Positions 19,477 to 22,163 of a DNA stretch of 22,163 bases are shown here, one piece after another (the stretch's first letter is position 1; every line of letters begins with the position of its first letter). Position numbers and translations under genes: made by a program. The stretch lies in the NCBI GenBank assembly GCA_010015585.1, contig ML975149.1, one strand, 5' to 3'. Origin of the DNA: Eremomyces bilateralis CBS 781.70 (taxonomy: Eukaryota). A model generated the notes under the pieces. It saw only the letters and a program-made list of their open reading frames with translations. It had not been told where the DNA came from and did no database searches.

Positions 19477-21040
19477 ATGAGCGACCTCGACCAGTATGGC
19501 ATCTCCACCACCGCCCCCGAAAACCGGGATGCTGACGTCGTGAAAACAGAGCGATCGAGCAGCTGCGCTCATGCCGACCGATCCCCGAGTCGCAGGTTCG
19601 CGAACTGTGTTATAAAGCGCGGGAGCTGCTGATTGAGGAAGGGAATGTGGTAGGGGTGGATGCGCCGGTGACGGTAGGGTATTTTCCGATGTGTGTGTAG
19701 ATGGATCGAGCTAATGTGGTGATGGATAGATATGCGGAGATATTCATGGGCAGTTTCATGACTTGATGGAGTTATTTCGGGTGGGGGGGGATGTGCCAGA
19801 GACCAACTACCTTTTCATGGGTAGGTGCTGATTGCGCATATGTTGGATTGTTCCGGGTGCTGACCTCGAATAGGGGATTTCGTGGATCGGGGATTCTATT
19901 CATTGGAATCATTCTTGCTTCTCCTCTGCTTGAAGGTCCGATATCCAGATCGAATCACCCTAATACGCGGGAATCATGAATCACGACAGATAACGACGGT
20001 CTACGGGTTTTACGACGAATGCGTAAGAAAATACGGCAGCGCTACAGTGTGGAGGTCAGTGATTTTATATGCGATCCTACCTTTTCGGCACCTGACTGAC
20101 CTGGTACAGATACTGCTGCGACGTATTCGACTACCTCGCCCTCGGCGCCCTGGTCACCGGTGCCTCCACCAACCTCGAATCCACCGGTGCCGAATACGCC
20201 GACCCTTCCCAAGCCCACACGATACCCAGCGAAGACGAAGACAACGAGATCGAAATCCTCAACTCCAACGGCCATATCGTCAGCCGCTTCCTCCGCACCC
20301 AACCCAGCCACGAACCTCCCAGCGACCCCGACTCAACCTCCTCCCCCAAACCCGACTCCACCCGCAGCCCCTCCCCCCTCTCCGCCGCCCAACCCTCTCA
20401 CACCCCCTCCGCCACCGGCGCCCCCGGCACCTCCGCCACCTCCTCCTCCAACGGCTCCTCTGCCTCCAACAGCGGCGCCGTCCTATGCGTGCACGGCGGC
20501 CTCTCCCCCCTCGTAGACACCATCGACAAGATCCGCCTCCTCGACCGCAAGCAGGAGGTCCCGCATGAGGGCGCCATGTGCGATCTCCTCTGGTCCGACC
20601 CGGACGAGATCGACGGCTGGGGCCTCTCCCCCCGCGGCGCCGGCTTCCTCTTCGGCTGCGACATCGTCAAGGTCTTCAATCAGAAGAACGACCTTAGCTT
20701 AATCGCGCGTGCGCATCAGCTAGTCATGGAAGGCTTCAAGGAGATGTTCGACTCCACCATCGTCACCGTGTGGAGCGCCCCGAACTACTGCTACCGCTGC
20801 GGGAACGTGGCCGCCATTCTTGAGCTTGGGGAGGATGGGAGCAATGCTGGATTTACCCCCCGCACCAATGGCGATGTAGGGAGGTTTACAGGGGCTTTAG
20901 GGCCCGGGCCGGGGTTGAAGGCGCCGGATGCCGGGATGCAGAGGCCAGGGCCCGGGAGGAGGTATCGGGTGTTTGATGCGGCGCCGCAGGATTCGAGAGG
21001 GATGCCGGCGAAAAAACCGGTGGCGGACTACTTTTTGTGA
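19477..21040 (+). CDS. PPH3: Ser/Thr protein phosphatase 4 catalytic subunit; join(19477..19493,19550..19673,19730..19820,19874..20054,20110..21040), 447 aa
   Basis: PPP motifs GDIHGQ, GDFVDRG, RGNHE, HGGLSP, RAHQ, SAPNYC and C-terminal DYFL. PP4-type features: MSDLD start, [54 protein letters not shown]. Four canonical introns of 53-56 nt. Confidence 0.93.
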
Positions 21041-21739
21041 TGGGGCTATGTAGAAAGGACGTACGGGATCAGGGGCTCGAAACGGGCTCGAAGCTGAATA
21101 GTTTCCGAGGCAGATATTGGTTGCCGCACACCCATGGGATATGTCTACAAATGAGTGGGGATTGGGCATCCATTGCTGACTTGATTATGTGACGTCCGCG
21201 TAATCATCTGAGTGTCCATACTGGTTGCAGACTGGACTCACTGGCGGCTTAGTGCTTCCAGATTCCAACCCGCCTTGCCATAGGGCAAGCAAGTGATTGC
21301 TGGGATGACCCATCACAACGCCAATGCAACCAGGTCTACAGATGGCAATCTATCCAGCATCTCCACACTCAACCCAGTCAACACCCGAGAAAAAGGATCC
21401 AGGTCCCGGTGTAACTACGGACGCTGTGCTCGTCCCAACCTCGCGACATCCCTCTGCCGTTGGATGCGTTCTGGTTGCTGTCGGTATTACCACGGGTGAC
21501 CTTGTAAAGGTAGGGATCCGCCAGATCGCAGGATTAATATCAATACCAGGGTTATGCCCGTTCTCGAATCGTTTAATTTCTGCGGAATTGAAGTGGTCAG
21601 TAGTCAGCAGGAGGAGACATTATTGAGACGCCTCCAAGGATCCAAGAGTGGTGAATGGTGATACATAGTAAGTAGCGTGTCATAGTACGATATCAGATGA
21701 CAGTCGCTGACAGTTCTGTACCCCATATCGTTGTAATTA

Positions 21740-21780
21740 AGTTCGAACCCCTGCCTGTTGGCCAACCACCTACTTGGCCA
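21740..21780 (+). repeat. Putative left terminal inverted repeat of the transposon
   Basis: TA|AGTTCGAACCCCTGCCTGTTGGCCAACCACCTACTTGGCCA. It starts with AGT after TA and holds two direct repeats (CCTGTTGGCCA, CCTACTTGGCCA), as Fot1-family TIRs do. The partner TIR is outside the window. Confidence 0.65.
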
Positions 21781-21842
21781 GTATCACCATCTTCACCACC
21801 ATCACCAAACGCGTAATATCTCAACCACCATATCGTATTACG

Positions 21843-22163
21843 ATGTCAAATTCAGAGGAGATACTCCTACAGGCTATCCATGCCGTAGAGACCGGTCAAT
21901 GCAAATCACAAAATGAAGCTGCGGCCCTATTCAAGGTCAATCGAGCTACGCTTCAAAACCGCCTCAAGGGCATGCAATCGCGCTCTACAGCTCAACAATC
22001 GAACCAACGCCTTACACCGGTGCAAGAGAGGTTTTTAGTCGACTGGATACTTGAGAGTGACGCTCAAGGATTCCCCCCTACCCACGCACGTCTGCGTGAA
22101 ATGGCCGCGCGAGTTCTAGAGCTTCAGGGTGATTCTACACCCCTTGGGAAGAATTGGATACCA
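21843..22163 (+). CDS. Fot1/pogo transposase N-terminus (HTH_psq plus CENP-B-type HTH), partial, 107 codons; absent from the ORF track
   Basis: MSNSEEILLQAIHAVETGQCKSQNEAAALFKVNRATLQNRLKG...QRLTPVQERFLVDWIL..DAQGFPPTHARLREMA..VL...GD..PLGKNWI; open to the window end. Confidence 0.92.
   Translation, partial: MSNSEEILLQAIHAVETGQCKSQNEAAALFKVNRATLQNRLKGMQSRSTAQQSNQRLTPVQERFLVDWILESDAQGFPPTHARLREMAARVLELQGDSTPLGKNWIP

Larger units (their letters stand above)
21740..22163 (+). mobile_element. Left end of a Fot1/pogo (Tc1-mariner superfamily) DNA transposon, truncated by the window edge
   Basis: TA at 21738-21739 followed by a TIR-like ~41 bp sequence, ~100 bp upstream of a transposase ATG. Confidence 0.85.

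Noticed and set aside
21660..21760. tRNA suggested by GTTCGAACCC
   Set aside because: The flanks do not form a T-stem or acceptor stem; the motif lies in the putative TIR.

Overview
Eukaryotic DNA from a filamentous ascomycete (Pezizomycotina), judged by ~50-60 nt GT..CTRAY..YAG introns and the gene families present. The ORF track splits or misses the spliced genes, so I rebuilt them by hand. Nine genes are supported: PDX3 (+), a soluble ModF/YDR061W-like ABC ATPase (-), a fungal 'glycosyltransferase 2'-like membrane protein (+), a bZIP factor (-), GMF/AIM7 (-), an FPY1/CinA-like protein (+), Ras1/RasA (+), a COA2-like protein (-) and the PP4 catalytic subunit PPH3 (+). The window ends inside the left end of an apparently intact Fot1/pogo DNA transposon. 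Best leads: (1) a structured H/ACA-like element in GMF intron 2, which is also long, 3n and stop-free; (2) repeated strand-symmetric C-rich to G-rich switches near gene 3' ends, one with no known gene under it; (3) extra splice signals and stems in the long Ras introns; (4) two-ATG dual-targeting layouts in PDX3 and the FPY1-like gene. All identifications come from motif recognition; no database search was run.
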